DNA of 63,533 nucleotides, the filler included, from Globobulimina sp. (Eukaryota): the NCBI GenBank assembly GCA_003354225.1. It is 37 parts of 37 records of this genome, joined end to end, with 100 filler letters (N's around TTAATTAATTAA, not from the genome) between each part and the next. Parts side by side here need not be neighbours in the genome. Positions count along the whole stretch, not along the records: positions 20,651 to 22,270 come from PIVH01014014.1; positions 22,371 to 23,990 come from PIVH01014015.1; positions 24,091 to 25,710 come from PIVH01014016.1; positions 25,811 to 27,430 come from PIVH01014017.1; positions 27,531 to 29,150 come from PIVH01014018.1; positions 29,251 to 30,870 come from PIVH01014019.1; positions 30,971 to 32,590 come from PIVH01014020.1; positions 32,691 to 34,310 come from PIVH01014021.1; 29 more parts are not named here. One strand, 5' to 3'. The translations under genes and the position numbers were made by a program. The notes under the pieces are model-generated. The model was not told where the DNA came from. It ran no database searches and saw nothing but the letters and a program-made list of their open reading frames with translations. This document shows positions 21,654-34,548 of this stretch, piece after piece. Positions within the stretch are counted from its first letter, which is position 1; each line of letters opens with the position of its first letter.

Positions 21654-22268
21654 TCAATTCATTCTTTTAATCGGTGGGTCGAAGGTTAATGTAAGAAAAG
21701 AGACAGTTTCGTTTGGTTTGCCCCGTAATCCGGTTATAAATTTCTTTTGTTTTGCTACATGTGTTCCTCTTTCAATTCCAGTCTGCGTTTCCTTTCCTGG
21801 CATAGTGCCATCAGCAAGAGCTTGCTTTAGATAATATTGCGTTGCATTCTCTCTTCGATAATGACTTAAATCAGTTTGCGTCGAATGCGTTCGTATTTTC
21901 TTCAATCGCATATTGACAATTTGCAATGCTCTGCGTCGTAAATCCCATTCATTCCACGAATACCCAGCAACGATATTTTCCTCCATAAAATGAGTGGGAG
22001 TTCCTACGCCCTGCGATATTTTGCGTGGTACATTTATCATTGCACCGGTGGGCAACATGGAGTTGAGCTGAATATTGGTTATTGCCGCTGGAGCATTCTT
22101 TATGTCATTTAAACCTAAAATATTGAGCAATTCTGGATATTTTATTAAAATTTCATTTAAAGCATCATAGTATTTTTGTGGCGATGACGCAAATTCCTTT
22201 AATTCTGCGGGTGAGTAAAAACAATATTTATTGGCATTTAATTGGATGAGCGTTTGTCGCCGATCTGC
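21654..22268 (-). CDS. CFAP206: Cilia- and flagella-associated protein 206, C-terminus (5'-partial)
   Basis: TPTHFMEENI...YSWNEWDLRRRALQIVN...THSTQTDLSHYRRENATQ. Confidence 0.85.
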   Translation of the reverse strand, partial: ADRRQTLIQLNANKYCFYSPAELKEFASSPQKYYDALNEILIKYPELLNILGLNDIKNAPAAITNIQLNSMLPTGAMINVPRKISQGVGTPTHFMEENIVAGYSWNEWDLRRRALQIVNMRLKKIRTHSTQTDLSHYRRENATQYYLKQALADGTMPGKETQTGIERGTHVAKQKKFITGLRGKPNETVSFLTLTFDPPIKRMN

Positions 22269-22548
22269 TTNNNNNNNNNNNNNNNNNNNNNNNNNNNNNN
22301 NNNNNNNNNNNNNNTTAATTAATTAANNNNNNNNNNNNNNNNNNNNNNNNNNNNNNNNNNNNNNNNNNNNCAGCAAACAAACATTCAAACAAATGATATT
22401 CGAGAAATTTGGAAAACGAACCAACAAAAACAATATAATAATTATCCAAATAAAAACAATATAATTGATAATGATGAAAAGAAAAGAGATTTAATTGTTT
22501 TTTTTATATTTTGCTGTTTTATGTGTTTGTATACAATAAAAATCATAG

Positions 22549-23695
22549 CAGTGTAGAAAAATGGTATTGGCAGACTGATGATGGTGAATATAAGCAGTTA
22601 AATGAGTATTTATGTGTGAAATTAAATAATTTAATTATTGGAGAATCATTCAAGGCAAAGATTAGAAATTCAATGTATGAATTTAAGAAAATATCAATCG
22701 GCAAAGGACAACAAAGAAACACTCAAACGAATAAAACTCGGAATATCAGAATCGCAAAATATGGATGGTTTTATCAAGAAAATGATCAATCATTAAAACC
22801 ATTTACAGACAATTTATCTCAACAAATCACAAAATGTCAAATTGGTTCGTCAGTTACATTCTCATTAAAAAGTGGCATAAAATATCAAGTACACAAAACA
22901 TCGATGAATCAGGGCAAACAAAAGAATTTAAACACAAAATTTGAGCGTAAAATCGTTTATAAAATGACATTAAATGACGATGGTAACAACACCGACGATA
23001 AAAGTTGTAGATATAATTCGATTGCAACCTCACAAAATGCGGGGAGAGATTGGGTAAAAGAGAGGGAAAAAAAAGCAATGAAAACCGGAAAAATAGTACA
23101 TTGCAAATTGACACAAAAGCGCAATTTATTTGAAGATACGGCAGATGCACATTTTCGACGATGTGAATCTCAGTTTATGCGATCTTGTCAAAATTTAGGC
23201 ATTGGTGGAAGTGTAAGCGGGTTAAATAACACTATAAAGGAAGTTGAATATGTTATAAATCCAAAATTAATTAAACAATTTGAGGCAAAAAAGAAAAAGT
23301 TAATGCTTAAAAATAAATGGAAAGATGAAGGCAAATTAAATATAATTTTAGCTTGGCATGGTACGCCTAATACAAATTTAAATGGAATAATTGAGACAAA
23401 TTTTAGTTTAGATAAATTGGCATCGAATAGTGGTGATACTGGATGGTATGGGAAAGGTATTTATTTTAGTGAATATGCAAAAATATCGTTGGGATATGGT
23501 AAAGGCTTACTTTTATGTAAAGTGATGTTAGGTAAATCACATAAAATGTTAGCTTCACAACAAGAAACTGGTAGAGCCTGTGAAAAAGGATATGATTCGC
23601 ATGTTGTGGTTGCTTCAAATGGTACGCAATATGGACAAGAAATTGTTATCTTTGATGTTGATCAGATATTACCTTGTTATATTGTTAAATATTAA
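22549..23695 (+). CDS. Tandem WWE plus PARP catalytic domain protein (last exon; 5'-partial)
   Basis: Two WWE domains (WYWQTDDG, WFYQEND); AWHGT, YGKGIYFS and GQEIVIF give the H-Y-E triad. Confidence 0.88.
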
Positions 23696-24246
23696 TTATA
23701 ACTCATACCAAACTGTCCTTGCAATTGCCTAGTTTGTGTTATTAACCATTTCGATGAAATATTAATTTTTCTCAACAAGCAAACAAATTGGCATGGTGTC
23801 TGAAAAATTTTCTCAGCACTCATTTATTTATTTCTGATAGCATTTTATTTTATTAATTTTCAGCCTGGACAAACAATGGAGACAATGTACTCAAGGAATT
23901 GGAAAAATAATGTTAGGATATCAACATCGTCTTAGTCCTTTGCCGTTCCTTTGGACCTACGCCCTTTCCAACATTTCAGGACTTCATTTGNNNNNNNNNN
24001 NNNNNNNNNNNNNNNNNNNNNNNNNNNNNNNNNNTTAATTAATTAANNNNNNNNNNNNNNNNNNNNNNNNNNNNNNNNNNNNNNNNNNNNCATATTGTGT
24101 TTGCAAAGTAATGGTATTTACAGCACAATTGGTACAAAGACAGACGCTCTACTTTAAGGTTTGCCGTACGTATTTCTAATTTCTTGCCATATATGATTGA
24201 CAACTAATAAAATTAATATAATTATGCATATCAAGAATTTCAAAGT

Positions 24247-25491
24247 CTACAATTTGCATTGGGAAACATCCCAAGACAAAATTACTTTGCCTATATTTTT
24301 ATTCTCCCTCACAAAATCATGCGCTTTTTGTGCATCCTTAATTTCAAACACTTTATTAATGATTGGTTGTATTCTTTGCGTTGCAATCAATGGATTAACA
24401 ATTCTATTGCTAAAATCTGCAATTAATTTTGATTTATACTCTTTACTCCGGGACCGTAATGTCGACCCAATGATACTTATTCGTTTCCGTAATATCGCCG
24501 CAATACTAAATGTCCCATCAGATTCATCCAATGGTTTAACGCGAAAACCAGACAAAAACCCATATGAAACAAATCTACCTTCCGTAGCAATCGCGTTTAA
24601 ATTCTTATGCCAATGACTGGCCCCAACACAATCCAATACAATATTCGCTCCATTTTTATATGTTTCCAATAACTTTTCATCAAAATTTTCTGTTTTATAA
24701 TTTGCACCATTTTTAGCTCCCAATTTGATGCAAAAATCAATTTTTTCTTTGGTCCCAGCAGTGACAAATGCATTTAATCCATATTCGCGCGCATATTGAA
24801 CCAATGTAGTACCCACACCTGAGGCAGCCGCATGTATCAATACAACATCATTCTCGATAATATCACTGCCATCCGTCTTCTCTTCTTGTTTGCTGTCAGA
24901 ATACGTAAACCGCTCTGGTTTACCATACCAAAATAATAATTGAAATGCAGTTAGAAACGCTTCGGGAATACCTGCTGCAATCTCGTATGGCATATCATTC
25001 GGTATTGGCATCAAATGAGACTCAAAAACATTTACATATTCAGCATAACTGCATAGTGAGGTATTGGCAAACAGTCAATGTTTATTATCATTGAATGCAA
25101 CATACCCTCCGCCAGGTAACAATGCCATAACTCTGGATCCAATGTGATATGATTTCGATTTGCCAACAATGGTACAATCATTTGAGTGGTCAACAATAAT
25201 GCCACTGCATTCTAATCCAATTATGGCTGATTCACCTTTTGGAGGCGGATATTTCCCCGCAGCCTGTAACAAATCTGCCCGATTCACAGCGGTTGCTTCA
25301 ATTTTAATTAATACTTCTCTTGAACGTAACTTTGGTGTTGCAACTGTTTGCAATACAAGTTTTTTTGAATCATCATCCATAATTATTGCTTCCATTTGAG
25401 GTGGGATTTGCGCGTTCTTTTCCCTCGATTGATGCGTCGAATCGTCTGCCATTTCGATTAATTTGTCTATTTTTGCAATCACAGAGGCCAT
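24247..25491 (-). CDS. TP53I3: NAD(P)H quinone oxidoreductase, PIG3 family (2 exons)
   Basis: AVNRADLLQAAGKYPPPKG..IGLECSG; an intron at 25105-25049 joins GGG|YAEY; IHAAASGVG; NIGKVIL. Confidence 0.9.
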
Positions 25492-27530
25492 GCAAAAGGA
25501 ATACAACACAAATACTTTGATGTAAAAGTACATTTTGCTGATCGATCATTGAATCAATCTCTTGAGTCTCTTCATGCTATGCGTATATGTATTTTATTTT
25601 ATTTATAGTGTGGAGTGTAACGAAGAGATTGATTCAACTGAAACTAGCTGGGTTGTGCTGAATAAAATGAAAACTCTACAGTAAAAAATAAACGTCAAGG
25701 GATTTATAGTNNNNNNNNNNNNNNNNNNNNNNNNNNNNNNNNNNNNNNNNNNNNTTAATTAATTAANNNNNNNNNNNNNNNNNNNNNNNNNNNNNNNNNN
25801 NNNNNNNNNNTCAATGCAATCAAGCAAAATAATCAAATGTTAAAATATTTCAACCTCATCAACATACAACAAATATTAACATAATTGTTTTACTTTTGTT
25901 TGAATCGTTATTTAATTATATTATAAGTCTGCTAATCAAGACAACACACAATTAATTATTCAGTAATTTTTATCTCTTCCACTTTTCAATCTGTTCAATT
26001 AACAGTGAACTCTACAAATAGTACATTTATGTTAAAGGTTTTTCAAAAAGTGTAAACAGTAAAAATGCGTTCAAAAGAAGCATTTAACGGAGGACAGAAA
26101 AAAATTGATTGCAAAGAATATCAAAATAACAAGGAACTGAATTCATTTGTGTTGCGCCAAAAACGCGCAAAAATTTACAATGAAGCTAGAAATGCCGGGA
26201 AAATTGGAACAGCAAAATGCCATAAATAAGACATTGCAAAGAAACCCCAAATCATACTCAGGTTTCCATCGTCGAGTTTGGTGCGATTGGCTTGCACAAA
26301 GAGGTACGATTATGCTGCAACTTTTTATCATCAGATTCGCAGAACTTTCATTGTTGGGATTATCGAAGATTTGTTGTGTTGAAAGCAAATTCTTCATTTA
26401 ATATATTTGAAATTATTTCTGTTGATTCTTTCTGTTCTTTTTCGTTAATTTGATTTATTTTGATTAATATCTATATATTTATTTATATTTAAATGTTGGT
26501 ATTTAATTTATTTTCAATAAAATCTTTCCCAAATAAATCGCAGCGGTACTTATTATTATTTGTATTTGGATGAATTATTGTTTTATATGATAATAAAAAT
26601 TGAAACCAATTAATAATATCAAAGTATTACAATATGTTCTAACCGTTGCACATAAATGCACATTATTAGAGCAGCAAACTCAAAAAAAACCTTACTTCAA
26701 ACTTCTTCAAATCATCTTCTTTTCTAAGCATATACGACTCGCGCTGTGATTAGAGGTATATTGACTTGCGCTGTGATTAAAAATTGTGAATGTGGCATAT
26801 TCAATGAACAAGGACCCTTTCTACCATTTAAATACACAAAATATAACATCAAACTAGAATTTTCTTCGACTGCATGCCTCGCGAATATGCGTGGTATAAA
26901 ATAAAAATACGGCATGGCCATCAAATCCATTTAAATGTCATGGGAGAGCAGCGGTGTACACCCGGTCATTACAAACTGCCTTAGCTATGAATATGAGTGA
27001 TGATTATAAATTATTTCTGTGGATGGCGATTCAATCTCTCGTTCAATAATACAGCACAAATCAACAACAATCCGTTTACCACAATTACAAGAATAAAGCG
27101 ATAGACTTTGGCTCCCAGACAATGTGAAAAAACACACTCATATCATACATAAGCATCGTTTGACGGTTAAATTGTATCACTGCACTGCACTCTTTTTGAG
27201 GTAGGGAGCTCCCATTTAATTGTAGCTATTACATATTACTCCACAGTCCCTACAGCTACACAAATATCAATATCATAATCATTATAGTTTGAAACTCAAA
27301 AACAAGGCATTGCCAATAATTAGATTACAAAACATGCATTGTATGCACTGCAAATATTAATGGCTGCGATAATTATTACAATGAAACATTCACAATTTCC
27401 AATCACAGCACATCACAGCCGTAGAATATGNNNNNNNNNNNNNNNNNNNNNNNNNNNNNNNNNNNNNNNNNNNNTTAATTAATTAANNNNNNNNNNNNNN
27501 NNNNNNNNNNNNNNNNNNNNNNNNNNNNNN

Positions 27531-27650
27531 GGGACGCCGCACAGGGTCATTCGCGGCCACCGGGCGCGGGTCTGGCGCTGGCTTGACTGTGCCGTACTTG
27601 GCTTCGTACGTCTCTACGCATGCCCGCGCCGCATCCAGCGCCGCATTGAT
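27531..27650 (-). other. GC-rich foreign coding fragment at the contig start (chimeric junction)
   Basis: Abrupt GC-to-AT transition at about 27650; the minus frame reads INAALDAARACVETYEAKYG. Confidence 0.6.
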
Positions 27651-27925
27651 CATCTTTGCCTGTTTTCCGGTTGCAATGCACTTGTCAGTTTTTGTATGAT
27701 TATTTCTCGTTTAGTTAGAGGTGGGTTTGTAAGGATTTGCGTGGTTTCTGTAGTTTTTATTTCTTGCTGCTGTTTAATTTGATTATTATTAATGTATATT
27801 CCCGTATTTCCAGGTGATTTCATTTCTGTTGGCGGATATTTATACCCTAAAATAGAATATAATACAAATATAACAAATGTAACCACAAATATAACTGGCA
27901 ATTGCGAAGTGCCTATCCTTGTCAT
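27650..27925 (-). CDS. N-terminus of a type II membrane protein (truncated by the junction)
   Basis: MTRIGTSQLPVIFVVTFVIFVLYSILGY signal-anchor followed by a stem region. Confidence 0.5.
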   Translation of the reverse strand: MTRIGTSQLPVIFVVTFVIFVLYSILGYKYPPTEMKSPGNTGIYINNNQIKQQQEIKTTETTQILTNPPLTKREIIIQKLTSALQPENRQR

Positions 27926-28451
27926 AATTATGTTGCTGCAAATAACAATTAATAATATCAATTATGATATTTTCGAATTCACCGCTTATTTCAATCAAAA
28001 ATACAAAAAAAACTTTCTCTTCACTTCATTGTATGTCAACTGTTTTTGACGACCGAATATTCAACGCTATCTCCAAATCGACAGTAAACAAAATGGACAA
28101 TGTATGTTCAAATTAGTTTCTGTTGTTTTTTTCTATTTAAACACCAATTGACTCGTCTAAACTAGCTCGGTAGTTCTCCGCGAATGCGATATCATGACAG
28201 CAATCATTATTCACCAAATTCAGATCAAGAAGGTTCATGGTTCGGTCTGGCAATATCTGGACTCAAATTCCTCATCAATAACCAATCAAACAACAACATC
28301 AATCATAATCTAAATAATTCTCAGTTAATTAAAACACACTAAATACGATTAAATTAGTTTATTCTCCGGAAACACATATACATAAAACCACTCCACACCA
28401 CACAGAGCCATTGCCTCTAAATTTACATCAACACAAAAACAACAGAATAAA

Positions 28452-29150
28452 ATGCACATTTTAGGACCATCTGTGTTCAAAAAACAATTATACGACATTC
28501 CAGAATACCAATCGATGCAAATAAAATCGAACGACAAATGCAATTTAACCAAGCAAGCCTTAAAGCGATTCAATGGCAATTTCAGTAACTATTGGAATCA
28601 GAGATCATCACTACATTCGCATCATTCCTCCAATGATGACAATTATAGCAATAACTCCTCGCATCCCACACATACAACAGCTACACAGCCAGTGGCTGAT
28701 GGCGCTGCGTCCTCTCTTACTATGCCTCAACAAAGCGACGAATATCAGCCTTCGATGACTTCCTCGCAAATTATACACCCCACACAAGGTACGCCAGGAA
28801 AATATTTAGGATTTTTCCTCAATTCCCGCTACGTAAAAACTAATTTATACACAGATAAACAGAAACAACCCGCATTGCGTCGTTCCCGCAGTTTCCCACT
28901 ACTGCATTCTGCAAAATATATTCAAAATGTTGAGCAATTATTATCGCGATCCACTCATATTATGATGGATGATAATGCACAGAATGTCGTAGCAAATGAT
29001 AACAATGAAGAAGAAGGCTCGCAATGTGAGCATTTTGCATCGCCACCGCCGATTTCTACCACACCAGAATTGCAGCACAATCTGTGCTTACCCTCTGTGC
29101 ATAGCGTGCATGCCCTCAAATCATGGGAATCTGTAAAATCTATAAATTCC
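28452..29150 (+). CDS. Hypothetical low-complexity protein (3'-partial)
   Basis: Open frame of about 233 codons running to the contig end. Confidence 0.55.
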
Positions 29151-29714
29151 NNNNNNNNNNNNNNNNNNNNNNNNNNNNNNNNNNNNNNNNNNNNTTAATT
29201 AATTAANNNNNNNNNNNNNNNNNNNNNNNNNNNNNNNNNNNNNNNNNNNNCCGAACATTCCATTCGATACCCCCTTTATATACAGAAAATCCAATTATAA
29301 ATTTGTTCTGTATTTGCAAACCCAAGACAAACCAATAGCAAACCGTTTCTGGATTTGCAAAGAGTTTCTCAGATAATTGATCGAATAAAATGTGCAACTT
29401 ATCGACCAGGGGGTAAGGGATCGACGATTTGAGTTGCATAAACATACAAATTTGTCTGGACTTTTATTTTTTCATCGAAGGTGTTGTAATAGCATATTAT
29501 GCAGATAATTTTTTTTCCAGTGTTCTACAATCCACTAATGTATAATTTATAAATTTAAATTATTTACAAATTCTGTGTTTTAAACTAAATGCACAAAGAA
29601 AAAAATCAAAAAAGATGAGTGAACATTAAAGCAAAAGCGATTCAAAAAAAAAAGAATATATATTTATTTATGTTATGTTTTTATACAAAAAAAAATATTT
29701 ATGTGATTATTATG

Positions 29715-30845
29715 TTAATGATATTGAAATGCAGCGGGGGGCGCATCAATTTCCATAGTACCAAATGGGATTTGTGGAACAGCCATTTGTTTGGCTTTAT
29801 GTGCTTCAATTTGTGCCAAAATAGCATGTTGTTGAGCAACTTGATTAGCCGTAGGATCAGCCAACATTTTTTGTCTTCTTTTTTGTTTCTCTTTTTTGCG
29901 TTTGTTTTTAGCCTGAATTCGTAGATAAATTGCCTTTTGTTTCTCCATTTCAGGCAATGTTTCAATTGATTCTTGAAATGCAGCTTCATCGCGAGCTTTC
30001 TGTCTTTGTTTAATTGCTTTTCGTCGTTGCTGTGAATCTAAATGTTGCAGTGATGGATCATCCATTGGATCAATATAAGGAACACCGGACTGTTGTAACT
30101 CGACCATCTCCATCGATATCTTATTGTTATTGTTATTGTCATCATTCATTGATATATTTACAACATTCTCATCCTTTTCCTTTTCGTTTTCGTTTTCCTT
30201 TTCCTTTTGTTCAATTAAAGACTGTTGAATGGCTAACCTCATTTGTTCATTTTCATCCACTACCATTAAATCATTATTATTGTGATCCATATCCATAATA
30301 TTAATATCCATATCATTTGGTGATGGAACCGGTGGCTCATTTGGTGCAAACAATGATTGTTGAACTGGGAATAATGGACAATATTTTAAAATATCATCAC
30401 AAGTCACAGTTAAATAATTTGATGGAAAATAATCTGCCTCAAAAATATAAAAATAGGATTGTTTTTTACTATGCTTTACCACATCAATCGATGTATTTGC
30501 ATTGTTAATATTATAATCAACAGAAGTTGGTGTAGTCAGCATATCGGAGGTCGATGGCGACCTTATGTCAGCATATGGTCCTTTGACTTGTTTTATTTTG
30601 GTTAACTGCCCAGAAATACCTTGTTCAATGGCAAATAAATGCAATACAGACATGTCTGTCCCTTTATCACTCGCTGTTGCTTGCAATTCAACGCGTTTAT
30701 TGCCCATATCCTCATTATCACTGTCACCTAAATTTGTATCATATGTCACCTGAATGTCTGATTTGAAGCGTTGAACTGGAACTGGCCGGGAAACACCACC
30801 CGAACCACCAAAACCATGATCACGACCAAAACGTTTTATATACAA
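29715..30845 (-). CDS. Protein C-terminus with a UIM-like motif (5'-partial)
   Basis: DENEQMRLAIQQSLIE fits the ubiquitin-interacting motif; long ORF. Confidence 0.65.
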   Translation of the reverse strand: MYIKRFGRDHGFGGSGGVSRPVPVQRFKSDIQVTYDTNLGDSDNEDMGNKRVELQATASDKGTDMSVLHLFAIEQGISGQLTKIKQVKGPYADIRSPSTSDMLTTPTSVDYNINNANTSIDVVKHSKKQSYFYIFEADYFPSNYLTVTCDDILKYCPLFPVQQSLFAPNEPPVPSPNDMDINIMDMDHNNNDLMVVDENEQMRLAIQQSLIEQKEKENENEKEKDENVVNISMNDDNNNNNKISMEMVELQQSGVPYIDPMDDPSLQHLDSQQRRKAIKQRQKARDEAAFQESIETLPEMEKQKAIYLRIQAKNKRKKEKQKRRQKMLADPTANQVAQQHAILAQIEAHKAKQMAVPQIPFGTMEIDAPPAAFQYH

Positions 30846-30970
30846 TAATTTATGTTTTTTTTTGGTTTTANNNNNNNNNNNNNNNNNNNNNNNNNNNNNN
30901 NNNNNNNNNNNNNNTTAATTAATTAANNNNNNNNNNNNNNNNNNNNNNNNNNNNNNNNNNNNNNNNNNNN

Positions 30971-31217
30971 ATACATATTAAATTAAGTGAATACAAAAGC
31001 AATTATAATCATTGCAGTCGCAGTGTGTGCATTTCTTGGAACAATTTGTGTATTTCGTTACATGAATAATAAGAAAGCAGCAAATTGTAATGCATTGGAT
31101 GTATTGCCATCTGGACAACAAACTGGAACTGATAATAATATTTTAACAGAATTGCTGACGTCCCCATCAATACAAATGGTAACATATGATTCTATTAATT
31201 ATAACGATGTCATTTGA
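30971..31217 (+). CDS. C-terminal TM helix and tail of a type I membrane protein (5'-partial)
   Basis: AIIIIAVAVCAFLGTICVF followed by RYMNNKK. Confidence 0.5.
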
Positions 31218-31588
31218 GACCAATTTATTGCATAAATATTGATTATTCTTTTTGTTTTACATACTTTAGAATAGGACTAATCTCCAACAAAAACGAAGGA
31301 CAATATGCTTAAAATAAATGAACGGTGATGATATCATCACCAATCTTTGACTGCGTGGAAAATCTGTTTCATACATAGGGAATGAGAATGTCATTTTGAT
31401 GAAGTGAGCTTGATGGAAAAAAAAAGTGTTTTTAAATCCATTTACTTAAACAAAAGACATAAAGCATGTCTTCCTCCAAATCATACGTTATTGCACAATA
31501 TCGTAATATAACACGAAAACGTAGGTATTTGCATTGAATTTCTCGTCGATTTGCATCAATAGCTTGCATGCTTTATATTTGTACATAG

Positions 31589-32590
31589 TTGGAGGTGATT
31601 GGGGTAACGAATCATATTCGAATTTAATTGAAGCAATTCGTTTAAAATTTGATATTTCGGATAAAATCCAAATCGATATTAAAGTCCATGATAAATCGAA
31701 TAATAAATATTTTTTAATTGATGAAGACGAAATGGTCGAAATTCCAAGCGATGGAATGATAAAAATCACCAAATCAAATCGAAAAAGACCTAAAAAAAAA
31801 GCGAAACCAAAACCAGTTATACCCAAATTAAGCAAAGAAGATGCAAATAAATTACGCAATGAATGGACAATCAATTCGATGGTCGAATTATATTCCGATT
31901 CGAATGCAAAATGGATTGGCGGCAAAATATTTGCGATAATTACAGATTCCGAAGGTGAATGGTTAAGAATTCGGTATTTAGGCGACAGAGAAAAGGAAAT
32001 TCAACGATTTAGCAAATTTATCCGACCACTCATACCTCCCAATTATAAACCAAATATCACAGCGGATCCAATTCCAAATGCAAATGTAAAAGAAGAGGAA
32101 GAGAAAAAACAGTCATTTAATGTCAGTGCGGAAGAATTTATCCCATCACCCATTCCAATGAAAACCGAACAGAAATCGCCAGAATTACCACCATTACCTA
32201 CGTATACCGCCGCTGTTAAAGTTGAAGAAAAAGAAAAAGCCGCATCGATATCATCCGATGCCATCGTTAAAAAAATCGAAGATGTCGTCAGCTTCGTTGA
32301 AGAGGCCAAAAATGAGAAAAAAGAAGAAGTAAAAGAAGAGAAAGAAAAACCAGCGGCATATGTTAAGATATATATATTTATATTTTGTTTGTATGCATTT
32401 ATTGTTAATTTGTGGTAATAGGATCGGCAAAAAATTAACAAAGTATACGTAAATAATAAGAAATATAAATGGAAAATTAAACAACCGCATATTCAAAAAG
32501 GACAATATCAAATGGTGAAAGGTTTTGGTTATGGCAAAAAAGGACGACAAGCCATTGAAAAAATTGTGTCTTACAATCAATATCGTAATT
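31589..32590 (+). CDS. Multi-exon protein with a Tudor/Agenet-like module and a PAM2-like motif (partial)
   Basis: EWTINSMVELYSDSNAKWIGGKIFAIITDSEGEWLRIRY..KEIQRFS..IRP and FNVSAEEFIP; flanked by AT-rich intron-like sequence. Confidence 0.65.
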
Positions 32591-32690
32591 NNNNNNNNNN
32601 NNNNNNNNNNNNNNNNNNNNNNNNNNNNNNNNNNTTAATTAATTAANNNNNNNNNNNNNNNNNNNNNNNNNNNNNNNNNNNNNNNNNNNN

Positions 32691-32996
32691 AATCAACTCC
32701 TCAAAAACAACTGCCTTATCCTTACCATCCACAAAATGGAGAGTCCGATTATTTTTATGATAATCCAGGTCTGAAAGCCGGAAAGACCATTTATTCTGCT
32801 GGGCACGGTAATTATTCAATGCTGTCTCAAGTGTAACCCGCATCGCAGCGATGCGTTTATGGCGGGCGCTTTTAATCGATTTTACTGCAGCTCCCGTCAC
32901 AAGGGTGGCGATAATGGCCATGACGGATATCACCACCAGCATCTCAATGATGGTGAAACCTTTACTGTTTTTTAATCTTTTCATGATAATATCCAA
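32691..32996 (-). CDS. Bacterial type II secretion/type IV pilin-like protein with an N-methylation site (3'-partial)
   Basis: SKG|FTIIEMLVVISVMAIIA prepilin cleavage motif. Confidence 0.85.
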
Positions 32997-33034
32997 CCTT
33001 AAATTCTGTTCACACCCGGCACCCGATGGCTGAG

Positions 33035-33230
33035 TGCGTTCAACGCTTTTCTGATCCGCAAAGTCCTAAAGAAATGTTGATTGGCAGTAGCACCACCATT
33101 AGTCAGCATTATTTTACCCCTCGACTGGGTGGCGATATGGCACTAGTGCGGGGTATCGCAAAGTCACTGTTTGAAAGGGCAACGAGTAATCCAGATATTA
33201 TTGATCATTCATTTATCTTACAACACTGCC
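33035..33230 (+). CDS. Internal fragment of a bacterial FdhF/YdeP molybdopterin oxidoreductase
   Basis: RFSDPQSPKEML..STTISQHYFTPRLGGDMALVRGIAKSL...DHSFILQH. Confidence 0.8.
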
Positions 33231-34260
33231 TTAATTTTAATGAATACCAGACATACGAAGGCACGAATTCTTGTATTAATAAACCAGTCTCGCGATCTTT
33301 GATTTTGACCACTTTATTCGTCGGCGAGTGTTTATGCGTAAACCCAGACATTAAATGTTTCTGACAGACAAAGTATACGACATTTTTAAAGTCTCACTGA
33401 AAACCTTAACTTGAACATCATGGCTCCAACACTCACTTTGCACAGTCAAAAATGTCGTATATTTTGTCTACACATACCTGATAATCACCATTTAAGTTTC
33501 CACGTAAATAAATGGCCATTAGTTGTGTGGCTAATTCACTGCCTTGAAACTCCGAGTCTTGCAACATTTTCACCACTTCGTCATCATCGAGTTTCATATC
33601 ATTGTTTGCGTCAAATTTCTGGAAGAAATTGTCCACATCGTCGGGTACTCTCAACACTGCAAACATCTCCACCAATTCATCGCGATCAATCACCCCATCA
33701 TCGTTCTTATCAAATGTAGTGACCAATGCATTATAAAACTCACTGTCCACAACATCTTTTGGTTTCAATTTAATTTCTACCTCTAAATCGCCCCAAGCTT
33801 TAAATTGGTCATTTTCTTTGAAGTCTAATAAGCCCTTATCATTACTGACAGGCACACCGCGTAATTCTACATCTAAGGATAAGGTTTTCTTGCCATCACC
33901 GCCGCAACCTGCAAACACCTCCGATGCCGCAATGTATCCGGTACCTAACTGATCATCGGCATTCATGTCACTATCCATCACACATAATTTCAATTGGTAT
34001 TTGCTTTGATATTGTTGATGTACGAATAAATACGCAGTCTCATTCCATTCTGGATTGGCGGTGTTGTTATTTTTCACAGAGGTCTCATAGGATTGCGCTC
34101 CCCATTCTAGTTTAACATAAGGGTCCGATTTACCTAAAAATTCTTTATTTCGAATGTTTTTACCTCGCTGTACATATATTTGAGTGCGAATTTGCGTGTT
34201 TGTCAATTAATGTATATAATATAATCATACCTTGACTGTAAACTCCATCACATGTGTATA
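33230..34260 (-). CDS. PSD2: C2 and EF-hand phosphatidylserine decarboxylase (PSD2/3-type), internal fragment
   Basis: C2 domain (GKSDPYVKL..NPEWNE), two EF-hands (DKNDDGVIDRDE, DANNDMKLDDDE), then an intron at 33477-33361 leading to IKDRETGLLIQEFVPSYV. Confidence 0.75.
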
Positions 34261-34548
34261 ATATCGAATATTTACATCATCCGCATTCAATGTATATTTT
34301 ATTTTTATTTNNNNNNNNNNNNNNNNNNNNNNNNNNNNNNNNNNNNNNNNNNNNTTAATTAATTAANNNNNNNNNNNNNNNNNNNNNNNNNNNNNNNNNN
34401 NNNNNNNNNNGAATAACTTTAAAAACAAATAAATTATGTTTTCATTTTGTAAAATAATAAAACAAAGTCAACTATCCCTATTTGAATACATTTTTGATGA
34501 AATGAAATATCAATAAATAAAAAAGAAACAGAAAAGAAAGAAAGTTCA

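Noticed and set aside
25811..27430. Short ORFs in this contig
   Set aside because: No recognisable domain or consistent exon chain; probably non-coding or decayed sequence.
32691..33230. Horizontal transfer of bacterial genes into the eukaryote
   Set aside because: All three pieces are truncated mid-gene at abrupt junctions, so a chimera is more parsimonious.
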